The notes under the pieces were generated by a model, which did not search any database, was not told the origin of the DNA, and saw only the letters and a list, made by a program, of their open reading frames with translations. The position numbers and the translations under genes were made by a program. Shown here one piece after another: positions 1 to 8,023 of a stretch of 36,550 bases of DNA (position 1 is its first letter; every line of letters begins with the position of its first letter). The stretch comes from Planctomycetales bacterium. GTDB lineage: Bacteria > Planctomycetota > UBA11346. Location of the stretch: assembly GCA_025362255.1 (NCBI GenBank), contig JANYGY010000035.1, positions 1 through 36,550 of the forward strand, written 5' to 3'.

Positions 1-372
1 GCGCGCGAATCCGATTTCATCAAGCGCCGGATCTTTCCCGGCTGCTGCATTCCCTCGGTCGAGGCCCTGGTCGGCGCGGCGCGGCGTCACAGCGACCTCA
101 ACCTGGTGCAGATGGATGATTTCGCGCCGCATTATGCGCGGACTCTCGAACTGTGGCGGGCCACGCTCAAGACTCAGGCCGATGATCTGCGCGCCCTGGG
201 TTATGATGATCGCTTTCAACGCCTGTGGGAATTCTACCTGAGTTATTGCGCCGGTGGATTTGCTGAACGCGCTTTGGGGGTCGCCCACCTCGTCTTTGCC
301 AAACCGGGGTGGCGCGCCGCAGACCATCCGGAATTGGTCGGTCGCGCGGCGTGGGATACCGGCAGACGCTGA
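1..372 (+). CDS. cfa: cyclopropane-fatty-acyl-phospholipid synthase family methyltransferase, C-terminal fragment (5' end outside window)
   Basis: Frame 1 is open from base 1 (ARESDFIKRRIFPGCCIPSVEALV...) to TGA 370-372. The DFI.R.IFPG..PS and LWEFYLSYCAGGF blocks are the conserved C-terminal motifs of CFA / mycolic-acid cyclopropane synthases. Confidence 0.8.
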   Translation, partial: ARESDFIKRRIFPGCCIPSVEALVGAARRHSDLNLVQMDDFAPHYARTLELWRATLKTQADDLRALGYDDRFQRLWEFYLSYCAGGFAERALGVAHLVFAKPGWRAADHPELVGRAAWDTGRR

Positions 373-436
373 CGATCGCCGACACGGCTCTGGAATTTTT
401 CAGGGCGTTTTTTTCAAGTTCGCACCCGAAGGTCTC

Positions 437-955
437 ATGTCGCTCAAACGCAATATTCTCTACGCCGTGCTCTGGCAGCTCGCGTGGTTCGCCGCGGTCA
501 TCCCCGCGGGCAAGGGCCTGCCGTGGGTCGGCCTGGTGGCGACGATCCCCGTGATCCTGGTCGCTGGTTGGGGTCGCTGGCCGCGCGCAGTGGCGGTGAT
601 GGCCGTATCGTTGGTGGTCGGTCTGGCGGTTGATGCCGCCCTCGGCTTCAGCGGCGTGTCGAATTATCCCGGAGGGATGTTCGATGGTCGGCTGTCGCCA
701 CCGTGGATGTGGGTGCTGTGGTTGCAGCTTGGCCTGGCGTTGGATCTCAGTCTCGCGTGGCTCCGGCCGCGGCTGTGGTTGGCCATGCTGTTCGGCCTGC
801 TGGGTGCGCCCGGAGCCTACCTCGGGGGCGTCGCCTTCGGCGCGATGCTCGCCCCACAGGGTAAACTCGCCCTCGGGATTGCCGTCGGGCTCGCCTATGC
901 GATCGCCGTCCCCTTACTCATCAGGTTGACCCGATGCCCACCCAGTTCCTCATAG
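437..955 (+). CDS. DUF2878-like polytopic membrane protein
   Basis: Track ORF 254-955. I prefer the internal ATG at 437 (MSLKRNILYAVLWQLAWFAAV...), because the upstream part overlaps the cfa 3' end and is not membrane-like. It is a hydrophobic 4-5 TM protein sitting where DUF2878 usually sits in cfa clusters. Family call is from memory of the sequence style. Confidence 0.55.
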   Translation: MSLKRNILYAVLWQLAWFAAVIPAGKGLPWVGLVATIPVILVAGWGRWPRAVAVMAVSLVVGLAVDAALGFSGVSNYPGGMFDGRLSPPWMWVLWLQLGLALDLSLAWLRPRLWLAMLFGLLGAPGAYLGGVAFGAMLAPQGKLALGIAVGLAYAIAVPLLIRLTRCPPSSS

Positions 956-1719
956 CGGCTCTCTTCATCAGTGGCGTGATGTGGATCCTGTGGTGGATCC
1001 AGACGCGGACGCGTGATGCGTCGAGTGTCGACGCGGCCTGGGCCCTGGGCATCGGCGCGTGCGCGGTGTGGTATGCGGCGTCGGGCGACGGCGAGTTCGC
1101 CCGGCGGTGGTTGCTGGCCGGCATGATCGCGACCTGGGCGTTGCGCCTGGGACTGCATCTGATCATCGATCGGGTGGTCAAGGCGCCTGCCGAGGATGGC
1201 CGCTACGCCGCCATGCGCGCCCATTGGGGTACTCGGGCGAACGCTCATTTTTCGTGGTTTTATCAGGCGCAAGCGGGCGGCGTCCTGCTGTTCTCGCTGC
1301 CCTTCCTGGTTGGCGCCGATGACCTGCGGCCACTTGGTGCGCTCGATGCCATCGCGGTCGGCTGGTGGTTTGCGACCTTGGGATTGGTGGCCCTGGCCGA
1401 TCGCCAACTAGCGCGTTGGCGCGCTGACCCGGCCAATCGCGGACGCACCTGTCGCGGTGGGCTGTGGCGCTATTCGCGACATCCCAATTATTTTTTCGAG
1501 TGGCTCCATTGGTTCGCCTATGTCGCTCTCGCGTGGGGCGGCCCGCATGGCCCATGGACTCTAGCGGTGCCGGCACTGTTGCTGGTCCTGCTACTGTTCG
1601 TCACCGGCATTCCCTATACCGAGGCTCGGGCACTGAAGACCCGCGGCGACGATTATCGGGCCTATCAGCGTGAGACGTCGGTGTTCATACCTTTACCTGT
1701 CCGCACCTCTCAAACATAA
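934..1719 (+). CDS. DUF1295 family membrane protein (steroid 5-alpha-reductase / ICMT-like fold)
   Basis: 261-aa ORF, multi-TM, with the C-terminal motif YSRHPNYFFEWLHWFAYVAL typical of DUF1295. Overlaps the previous gene by 22 nt. Confidence 0.75.
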   Translation: MPTQFLIAALFISGVMWILWWIQTRTRDASSVDAAWALGIGACAVWYAASGDGEFARRWLLAGMIATWALRLGLHLIIDRVVKAPAEDGRYAAMRAHWGTRANAHFSWFYQAQAGGVLLFSLPFLVGADDLRPLGALDAIAVGWWFATLGLVALADRQLARWRADPANRGRTCRGGLWRYSRHPNYFFEWLHWFAYVALAWGGPHGPWTLAVPALLLVLLLFVTGIPYTEARALKTRGDDYRAYQRETSVFIPLPVRTSQT

Positions 1720-1735
1720 GCACATCGAGTTCACC

Positions 1736-2767
1736 ATGTCTTTGACTCTCGCCCTCGTCGAACACGGCATCATTCCCGATGCCCTCACCCGCAGTGGCAT
1801 CCGCCGGCTGCTTGCTCAGCGGCTGCGCGACGAGGCCTCGGCCGAAGGCGCCAAGCGCCGGGCGCGCTACCTCGCCGATCTGGTCACCGCGCCGCTCGCC
1901 ATCGAACAGGCGGCAGCAAATGCCCAGCATTATGAGGTTCCGTCGCGGTTGTACGAGCTGTGTCTGGGTAAACGGTTGAAGTATTCCTCGGGCTGGTGGG
2001 GCGAAGGAGTACGCAATCTGGACGAGGCCGAGGAAGCGATGCTCGCCAAATCGGTGGCCCACGCCGGGCTGCGCGACGGCATGGACATTCTCGAGATCGG
2101 CTGCGGCTGGGGCTCATTGTCATTGTACATGGCCGAGCATTTTCCGAATGCGCGCATCCTCTCGATCTCGAACAGTCGGTCTCAGCGCGAGTTCATCACC
2201 GCCAAGGCCGAAGAGCGTGGCTTCAGCAATCTCACGGTGCTGACGCGGGATGTGGTCCAGTTTGAAACGACAAACCGTTTCGACCGGGTGGTCTCGATCG
2301 AATGCTTCGAACACCTGCGCAACTACCATGAACTGTTTCGCCGCATCAGCGGCTGGTTGAAACCAGGCGGTAAACTGTGGACCCACATCTTCGTCCATCG
2401 TGAATACACCTATCCCTTTGAAACCGCAGCCGATGATAGTGACGATGGCAACTGGATGTCGCGCCACTTCTTCACCGGCGGTCAGATGCCGAGTTTCGAT
2501 CTGTTCAGCACCTGCAATCGTGACCTCGTTGTTGAAGACGCCATCGCGGTCAACGGTACGCATTATGGCAAGACCGCCCGCGCCTGGCTGAACAACATCG
2601 ATCAGCACAAAGCCGAAGCCCGCGAGGTGCTCGCCGCACCCGGCGTTGACCCAGCCGTGCAATTCAATCGCTGGAGGATGTTCTTCATGTCCTGTGAAGA
2701 GTTGTGGAACTACCGCGCCGGCGACGAATGGCTGGTCGGACATTATCTGCTGGCGCCGAAAAGCTGA
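1736..2767 (+). CDS. SAM-dependent methyltransferase, CFA-synthase (CMAS) family, short form
   Basis: Track ORF 1670-2767. The ATG at 1736 follows the DUF1295 stop (TAA 1717-1719). SAM-binding motif ILEIGCGWGSLSLYMAE, plus HYE.P..LYELCLG and CEELW blocks typical of the CMAS family. Confidence 0.8.
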   Translation: MSLTLALVEHGIIPDALTRSGIRRLLAQRLRDEASAEGAKRRARYLADLVTAPLAIEQAAANAQHYEVPSRLYELCLGKRLKYSSGWWGEGVRNLDEAEEAMLAKSVAHAGLRDGMDILEIGCGWGSLSLYMAEHFPNARILSISNSRSQREFITAKAEERGFSNLTVLTRDVVQFETTNRFDRVVSIECFEHLRNYHELFRRISGWLKPGGKLWTHIFVHREYTYPFETAADDSDDGNWMSRHFFTGGQMPSFDLFSTCNRDLVVEDAIAVNGTHYGKTARAWLNNIDQHKAEAREVLAAPGVDPAVQFNRWRMFFMSCEELWNYRAGDEWLVGHYLLAPKS

Positions 2768-2866
2768 TTTCCCTGTCGAGGCGACAGCTTGGTTGGCAAT
2801 TGTGTGCGATAAAAATAACCGGTTAAATGCGACCGAGTGATTATTTCTTAGCGAGGCGTGTCAGGG

Positions 2867-2892
2867 CTTGGCAATTTCTACAAATTGCCAAG
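2867..2892. other. perfect palindrome CTTGGCAATTT-CTAC-AAATTGCCAAG (hairpin/terminator or operator)
   Basis: 11-bp arms with a 4-nt spacer, read directly. Followed 6 nt later by GGTTTTAGATTTTAG. Lies 100 nt after the methyltransferase stop and 35 nt before the ATG at 2927, in a locally AT-richer spacer. Confidence 0.35.
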
Positions 2893-2926
2893 CGGCGGTT
2901 TTAGATTTTAGTGGTAGGGTGGTGCT

Positions 2927-3646
2927 ATGACCAACACCAAGATAACCTGTGCCGGTATGAGTTTAGTCGAGATATGCATTGTTGTCGTGCTGCTCTTGGT
3001 GATTGCCGGCGTTTTTTTGCCGATCACGTGGTTCATAGACAAGCGTGGCGCTAGGCACGAATTGTGCAGCAATAAACAGCGCCAACTCGTTTTGGGAATG
3101 TCGGTCTATTCAAATGACAGTGATTCGGTGTGGCCGGTTTTCACGGCAAACTCCGCCGGCGATTGGGTGGCGGTGGGGGATCACAAAATGGATGCGACAG
3201 CCACGGCGATTGCTTCGTTCGAATTATTGTCACAAGCATTGGGGGGAGATCTTACGGAAAAAGTCTTCGCTTGTCCGTCCAAGCCTCTGGTACGCCCGAA
3301 AACACCAGCGGGGCCGGTCGGATCACGGACGTCTGTTTCAGAATGGGCAAGGCAAGGTCCATCGCAGATGGGTTATTCCTACGACTGGTCGATCCCCACA
3401 AATGGCACATCCAGGCGAGTGGTCATTGTCGATCGTGACCATAACGCCCACCCCGGGGCGAAATCTCCGGCAGCATATGCTGATGGCCACGTCTCATATC
3501 TCCCTCGCGACGGCTCCAGCCTGCTCAATCTCGATGCCGATCGTGATGACATCTATTCTGCGGTTGGCGATGGTCCGATGGGCGTTCCCGGCGAGGGCTC
3601 GACCACGCGCGCTTTCGTGGGGGGGGCGCTCAGCGCACGTGCATGA
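2927..3646 (+). CDS. prepilin-type N-terminal cleavage/methylation domain protein, H-X9-DG-like (DUF1559-like pseudopilin)
   Basis: N-terminus ...CAG|MSLVEICIVVVLLLVIAGV fits the prepilin peptidase motif G|(F/M)xxxE followed by a hydrophobic helix. The C-terminal AHPGAKSPAAYADGHVSYL resembles the H-X9-DG block, here with X10. Confidence 0.55.
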   Translation: MTNTKITCAGMSLVEICIVVVLLLVIAGVFLPITWFIDKRGARHELCSNKQRQLVLGMSVYSNDSDSVWPVFTANSAGDWVAVGDHKMDATATAIASFELLSQALGGDLTEKVFACPSKPLVRPKTPAGPVGSRTSVSEWARQGPSQMGYSYDWSIPTNGTSRRVVIVDRDHNAHPGAKSPAAYADGHVSYLPRDGSSLLNLDADRDDIYSAVGDGPMGVPGEGSTTRAFVGGALSARA

Positions 3647-5069
3647 CGCGCCAGGTCTGTACACCCCAGGGTGGCAGGCTGACGCGTAAGGCTTCGTCGC
3701 GCAGGGTGGCGGCGGTGACCGGGCGGAATGGGCCGCTGGCCAGGCAATCCTGAAACTGGCAATCGCGTTCGGCGAGTGGGCCGGCATCCACCGCGCCGGT
3801 GACGTGGCCCCAGCCCGCATTGACGATCAACACCAGGCTGTGGTAACCGGTCAAGGTCCACAGGCAGCCGATCAGGCTGCGCCCGTCGGCGCCACGCGGC
3901 TCAAGCAATTGCCACCGGCCATCATGGCGCGCGGGTTCGGCCAGCAGGTGCAGCAGTTCGCGAAATGCGCGACGATGAAAGGGCGAGCCTTCTTCGGGTG
4001 GCCGCCGCCGGCAGCGATGGGGACTGTGCATCCGCCGGCCGTCTTCCTGGCCGTAATGGCAAAGCAGCATGCCCGGCACCATGCCGGTGAGGAACAATGC
4101 TCCGCGATGATGATCGATCGAGGCGAAGGTCGCGGCGGCGCGTTGCTCGTCATCGTTTTCGAGAAAGCGCACGCAGTGGCTTTGATAGTCGGGGGCCGCG
4201 CGCAGATGGGCGCGGATCGACTCGGCGTTGTCGGTCAGCAGGCGGTCGTACAGCGTCTTGTCATACGTGAAGTCAAAGCCCTGCTGCTGTAGTTCCCATT
4301 CCTTGTTCCAGTAGACTTCGGCAACGAACAGGGTCCCGGGATGGGCCGCGCGCACGGCATCGGTGCAGCGCCGCCAGAATGGTTCGATGTCGCGGTGCCA
4401 CGTGCCACGGAAAACATCCGGCAGCAGCAACATCGCTTCTTCGCAGCGCAGGCCATCGCAGCGCGAGGCGACCTGATTGGCCATCTCGATCACCGCGTCC
4501 TGGGCTTCGCGGCTGCTGTAATTGATCTGCAGGGTGTCGCGCCACGCCGGAAAATTCGGATCGCGACCATGGGCGAAGATGGTGCCATGCAGGCGGATGA
4601 ACGACCCCGGATGGCGGCGCAGATCGTCTTCAGAGCCCTGGATCAAGAACTCAGGGTGGGCGCTGGCCCAGGGATGATCGAGGCCGATGTGATTGGGCGC
4701 GAAGTCGAGCATCAGCGACAAGCCGCTGGCGCGTGCGCGTTCGCGCAATGCCTCCAACGCGAGATCGCCGCCGAGCACATCTTTGATCGTGTAGTGGCCG
4801 ATGGAGAGCGGCTCGCCGCTGATGTCATCGGCAGTGAAGTCAGGAAGAACGCTGTGCAATTGGCGGTGCAAACCCGCGTCGGCAAGGGCATGGGCGCGGA
4901 TCAACGGGCCGTTGGTCCAGGTGCCGAACAGATACAACCAGGTGAAGCCGTTTTCGACCAGATGATCGAGGAAGCCGAAATCGAGGTCGTCGAGGGTCGC
5001 CGGTCGACCGAGTTCTTGGGTTCGTTCGCTGCGCCAGGTGCGCGCATTCAATTCGTACACCTGATGCAT
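3630..5069 (-). CDS. alpha-amylase (GH13) family protein, cytoplasmic, with non-canonical residues at catalytic positions
   Basis: 479-aa ORF. GH13 region I is LMLDFAPNH, region III is FVAEVYW, region II-like is DGLRCEEAM and region IV-like is FLENDDEQ. No signal peptide. The 3' end overlaps the convergent gene by 17 nt. Confidence 0.7.
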   Translation of the reverse strand: MHQVYELNARTWRSERTQELGRPATLDDLDFGFLDHLVENGFTWLYLFGTWTNGPLIRAHALADAGLHRQLHSVLPDFTADDISGEPLSIGHYTIKDVLGGDLALEALRERARASGLSLMLDFAPNHIGLDHPWASAHPEFLIQGSEDDLRRHPGSFIRLHGTIFAHGRDPNFPAWRDTLQINYSSREAQDAVIEMANQVASRCDGLRCEEAMLLLPDVFRGTWHRDIEPFWRRCTDAVRAAHPGTLFVAEVYWNKEWELQQQGFDFTYDKTLYDRLLTDNAESIRAHLRAAPDYQSHCVRFLENDDEQRAAATFASIDHHRGALFLTGMVPGMLLCHYGQEDGRRMHSPHRCRRRPPEEGSPFHRRAFRELLHLLAEPARHDGRWQLLEPRGADGRSLIGCLWTLTGYHSLVLIVNAGWGHVTGAVDAGPLAERDCQFQDCLASGPFRPVTAATLRDEALRVSLPPWGVQTWRVMHVR

Positions 5070-5141
5070 GAACTTTTACACTAGTCGAACTTAGGAGGGC
5101 CGCAACGTGAGCATCTCGTGCCTGAACTCATCATCAGCGGA

Positions 5142-6095
5142 TTAAGAAACTGACTCTAAATCCCAAACTTTGCCTTCGAAGGCCGCCGACAGGCGCCAGG
5201 TCGCGTTTGGCGCGACCAGTTCCTTATAGCGATTCGCATCATTGCGCAGACGCGTGACGGCGGCGTCACTGGCCAAGGGATCGTGATGGAAGATCACCAA
5301 TTCGCCGATCCGGGTCTCGCGGAAGAAATCGATGAAATTGAAAATCGTCGAATGCCCGAAATTGATGTGGTCGTGGTAGTCGAGAAAGCCGTACATGGCG
5401 TCGACAATCACCACATCGGCGCCGGAGACGAATTCGGCGTAGGTTTCAGCGAGACGATGGGGGCTTTTCGAGACTTCGGTGTCGGTGAGATAGCACACCG
5501 AGCGGCCGCCGAAATCGATCCGGTAGCCATATGCCTGGTCAGGGTGGATCAGGGGCAGGATGCGGATCGTCGCCGCCCCGATGGCGGTCGCCTGCTGCTC
5601 CGCCAATTGAGTGCAGGTGATCTTGCTCGGCAGGCTCGGCCATTTGACCGGAAAGTGCGCGCCCGACATCTGCGAGGACAGCAGGCTTTCCGAGTCGGAA
5701 CGGCCTGACCAGACGTGGATGTCGCGATCTTTGAGATAGATCGGCCCGAAAAACGGGAACCCGCAGATGTGATCCCAGTGAAAGTGGGTGAACAGAAAGT
5801 GCAGTTCGTCGCTTTTGCCACGGCCGTCGGCCATCAATTGCGCCGACAGGGCGCGCAGGCCGGTGCCGGCATCGAGGATGAAGGTTTGGCCGGGTAGCGC
5901 GACTTCGACGCAGCTGGTGTTGCCGCCGTAAGTCCAGCTATGCGGAGTGCGATCGAGGTAGGCGTCGATCGCCGCCGGCGAGGCGAGATCGGCCGGCTTG
6001 GCCTCGCTGAGCAAGGCGCGGGCCTTGTCACGTAGCTGGGTGTTGCTCATCGGCGTGGCGAGCGAGCCGCGAGTGCCCCACAGGCGTATGCGCAT
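5142..6095 (-). CDS. MBL-fold metallo-hydrolase
   Basis: HxHxDH motif (FTHFHWDHICGFPFFGP) and the family-typical N-terminus MRIRLWGTRGS. I prefer the ATG at 6095. The track start at 6113 is a GTG six codons upstream. Confidence 0.8.
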   Translation of the reverse strand: MRIRLWGTRGSLATPMSNTQLRDKARALLSEAKPADLASPAAIDAYLDRTPHSWTYGGNTSCVEVALPGQTFILDAGTGLRALSAQLMADGRGKSDELHFLFTHFHWDHICGFPFFGPIYLKDRDIHVWSGRSDSESLLSSQMSGAHFPVKWPSLPSKITCTQLAEQQATAIGAATIRILPLIHPDQAYGYRIDFGGRSVCYLTDTEVSKSPHRLAETYAEFVSGADVVIVDAMYGFLDYHDHINFGHSTIFNFIDFFRETRIGELVIFHHDPLASDAAVTRLRNDANRYKELVAPNATWRLSAAFEGKVWDLESVS

Positions 6096-6111
6096 GACGG
6101 TCGAATTTCCC

Positions 6112-6138
6112 ACAGTCCGTGAACAGTCCGATATTATA
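6112..6138 (-). promoter_or_regulatory. candidate -10 box (TATAAT on minus strand, 6133-6138) followed by tandem 8-nt repeats CGGACTGT x2
   Basis: The plus strand reads ACAGTCCG-TGA-ACAGTCCG-ATATTATAT. On the minus strand this is a perfect TATAAT, then two 8-mers with 11-nt periodicity just upstream of the MBL hydrolase start. No -35 at proper spacing (TTGGCA is only 12 nt away). Confidence 0.25.
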
Positions 6139-6369
6139 TCGCTCGGGCTATGCCAAATGGCCTTGGGATGCTAGATCGCCCGACCTGGGGCGCAACGGTA
6201 GTCGGTTGAGGACGCGACGACTGATTCAAACGCCTCATTGGGGATCAGGTACACCAGTTGAACGCGGCGCTGATCGGCGCGTACGATCTTCATGTCCCTG
6301 GCGCTTGGCAGAAAGCACGTTCGCCTCAGATTGTTTTAATCCGCATCCATTACCTGCCCGTCTGGTCCT

Positions 6370-7914
6370 ATGCCCACTACGCTCGAAGTTACTGCCAGCG
6401 CCATCCGTCTGTGTGTGACCGAAGATAAACGCATTATCGGCTTGGAATCCTGGCCGGTTCCAGCTGGCGCGGATCCGTTGGCCGCGTTGGCGGCAGTGCC
6501 TTTGCCCGAAAACCTCGGGCGGGTGCGCGTGCTGCTGCACCACGACGACCTGCTGACCCGGACCCTGGTCCAGCCGCCGTGCGCGCCCGAACGACTCGAC
6601 CGGCTGGTGCGCTTTGAGCTGGGCACGGTCGCGGCGCCGGGCAGCGATGATGCGCCGCCGAGCGCGATCAGCTGGCATCTGGTGCCCATGGCCGGAGCCG
6701 ACGGCGACATGCGCGTGCTCGCCCAAGTAGTGCGCCTGCGCCTGGTCGATCGCGTACGTCAGGCATTGGCGCCGCGTGGCGCCAAGCTCGCCTCGCTCAG
6801 CCATCCGGCCCTCGGTCTGTACCATGCGTTCAAAGCCCAGTCGCCCGGCCATCAAGGTGTCGCGTGCCTGATCGATGTCGGCGGCAGCCATGTGCATCTG
6901 GTCCTGGTCAAAGATGGCGACCTGGTGTTCATGCGCAGCCACGCCCCGGGCATGGATGAGACGATGCGCCAGGTCGCCGCCAAACGCGGCATCGCCGAAG
7001 CCGACGCCGCGGCCCTGGTGCGCAAGATCAGCGACGGTTCGCCGGATGATCTCAAGGACCTGATCGCCCATCAGGCAGGCGCGATCAGCGCGGCGATTAC
7101 CGCCAATGTGCGCTTCTGCCGCACCCAGCTCAAGCTCAGTGACTTCGAGCCGACCCAGGTTTACGTTGCCGGCGCGGGTGCCTTGGCCCACGGATTTCTC
7201 GCTACGCTGGCGGCCCGTACGCGGCTGCCGGTTCGTCTGATCAATCCATTCGCCGGGCAAATGTCACGCTTGCCCGCGGACCTGTCCGATCGCCTCGCCG
7301 GTCTGCCCAGTCCGTGGACAGCGGTCATCGGCGGCGCGAGTGCAGCGGCCTGGGAGCTTGACGCCCTGGCCGACGAACGGCGGGCGCGGATGCAGTACTG
7401 GCGCAGCGATGGCGCGCTCAAGGCCGCGGCGGTGATCGCGGCGGTCCTCAGCGGCATCGGCATCATCGCTTCTGAACTCTCGCTCGCGCACAGCGGATCG
7501 CGTCTGGCCGAACTGGAAACCGTCGTCCCCAAGGCCCAGGAGCTGGCCAAGCAGATCGCCAACGTGCGCGATAAGCAGATCGCGGATGCCGGCCGCGTGC
7601 GCTGGCTCGATGCCGAGCGGCGTCCGGGTCGGATCGCGGTCGAGCTGCTCAATTGCATCGGGAAATTACAGGATCCCTCGACCTGTCCGGTGATCCTCAC
7701 GACGTATCAGCTCGGTCGCCAGCCGGGTATGGTGGTGGTCGATCTCGCCGGTTCGGCAACCAGTGCCAAGGTCAGCGCCGAGGCCGCGATCCGCGCCTTC
7801 AAGAGCGGTCTGCAGCAGCAATACCCGGCGATCTCGGCGATTGAGGAATTGCCGACAGCGATCGAAAAGGATCGTTTGTCGTTCAAGTACCGGTTGGCGA
7901 TTCCCGACGGCTGA
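6370..7914 (+). CDS. fused PilM-like (actin/ASKHA-type) and PilN/PilO-like pilus-assembly protein
   Basis: The N-terminal ~330 aa has PilM-style blocks (ACLIDVGGSHVHLVLVKDGDLVFMRSHAPG and QVYVAGAGALAHGFLATLAARTRLPVRLINPF). One TM follows (ALKAAAVIAAVLSGIGIIASELSL), then a coiled-coil plus ~130-aa periplasmic domain as in PilN/PilO. Confidence 0.6.
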   Translation: MPTTLEVTASAIRLCVTEDKRIIGLESWPVPAGADPLAALAAVPLPENLGRVRVLLHHDDLLTRTLVQPPCAPERLDRLVRFELGTVAAPGSDDAPPSAISWHLVPMAGADGDMRVLAQVVRLRLVDRVRQALAPRGAKLASLSHPALGLYHAFKAQSPGHQGVACLIDVGGSHVHLVLVKDGDLVFMRSHAPGMDETMRQVAAKRGIAEADAAALVRKISDGSPDDLKDLIAHQAGAISAAITANVRFCRTQLKLSDFEPTQVYVAGAGALAHGFLATLAARTRLPVRLINPFAGQMSRLPADLSDRLAGLPSPWTAVIGGASAAAWELDALADERRARMQYWRSDGALKAAAVIAAVLSGIGIIASELSLAHSGSRLAELETVVPKAQELAKQIANVRDKQIADAGRVRWLDAERRPGRIAVELLNCIGKLQDPSTCPVILTTYQLGRQPGMVVVDLAGSATSAKVSAEAAIRAFKSGLQQQYPAISAIEELPTAIEKDRLSFKYRLAIPDG

Positions 7915-7926
7915 TCGGACGTTCTC

Positions 7927-7989
7927 CGTGGCATGGGCGGCAGCCCATGTGCGAGTAAGCCCACGAACATGGGCGAGCCGCCCATGCCA
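7927..7989 (+). terminator. long imperfect hairpin 13 nt after the PilMN-like stop (possible terminator/attenuator, no T-tract)
   Basis: Outer stem GTGGCATGGGCGGC (7927-7940) pairs with GCCGCCCATGCCAC (7976-7989). Inner stem GCCCATGT (7942-7949) pairs with ACATGGGC (7966-7973). Total 22 bp with a small internal loop and a 16-nt apical loop. Confidence 0.45.
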
Positions 7990-8023
7990 CTATCGAACCG
8001 AACCGTAGCATGGGGGGCAGCCC

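Noticed and set aside
254-436. Upstream extensions of track ORFs (254-, 1670-, 11819-, 13852-, 18777-)
   Set aside because: Each extension overlaps the 3' end of the preceding gene or lacks family-like sequence. The internal ATGs (437, 1736, 11915, 13969, 18792) give typical N-termini: TM helix, signal peptide, lipobox or ATGA coupling.
2867-2892. Sigma-54 promoter (TGGCA...TTGC) within the palindrome
   Set aside because: The GG-to-GC spacing is about 15 nt rather than the required 10 nt, so the resemblance is superficial.
3630-3646. 17-nt convergent overlap of the pseudopilin-like and GH13-like genes as a regulatory feature
   Set aside because: Short 3'-3' overlaps are common in compact GC-rich genomes, and there is no additional structure to support a function.
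3045-3689. 214-aa alternative plus-frame ORF overlapping the pseudopilin-like gene
   Set aside because: It has no motifs. The 2927-3646 frame carries the prepilin leader and the ADGHVSYL C-terminal block.
6235-7260. 341-aa minus-strand ORF
   Set aside because: Antisense to the PilMN-like gene, with the same low-complexity Arg/Gly-rich character and no motifs.
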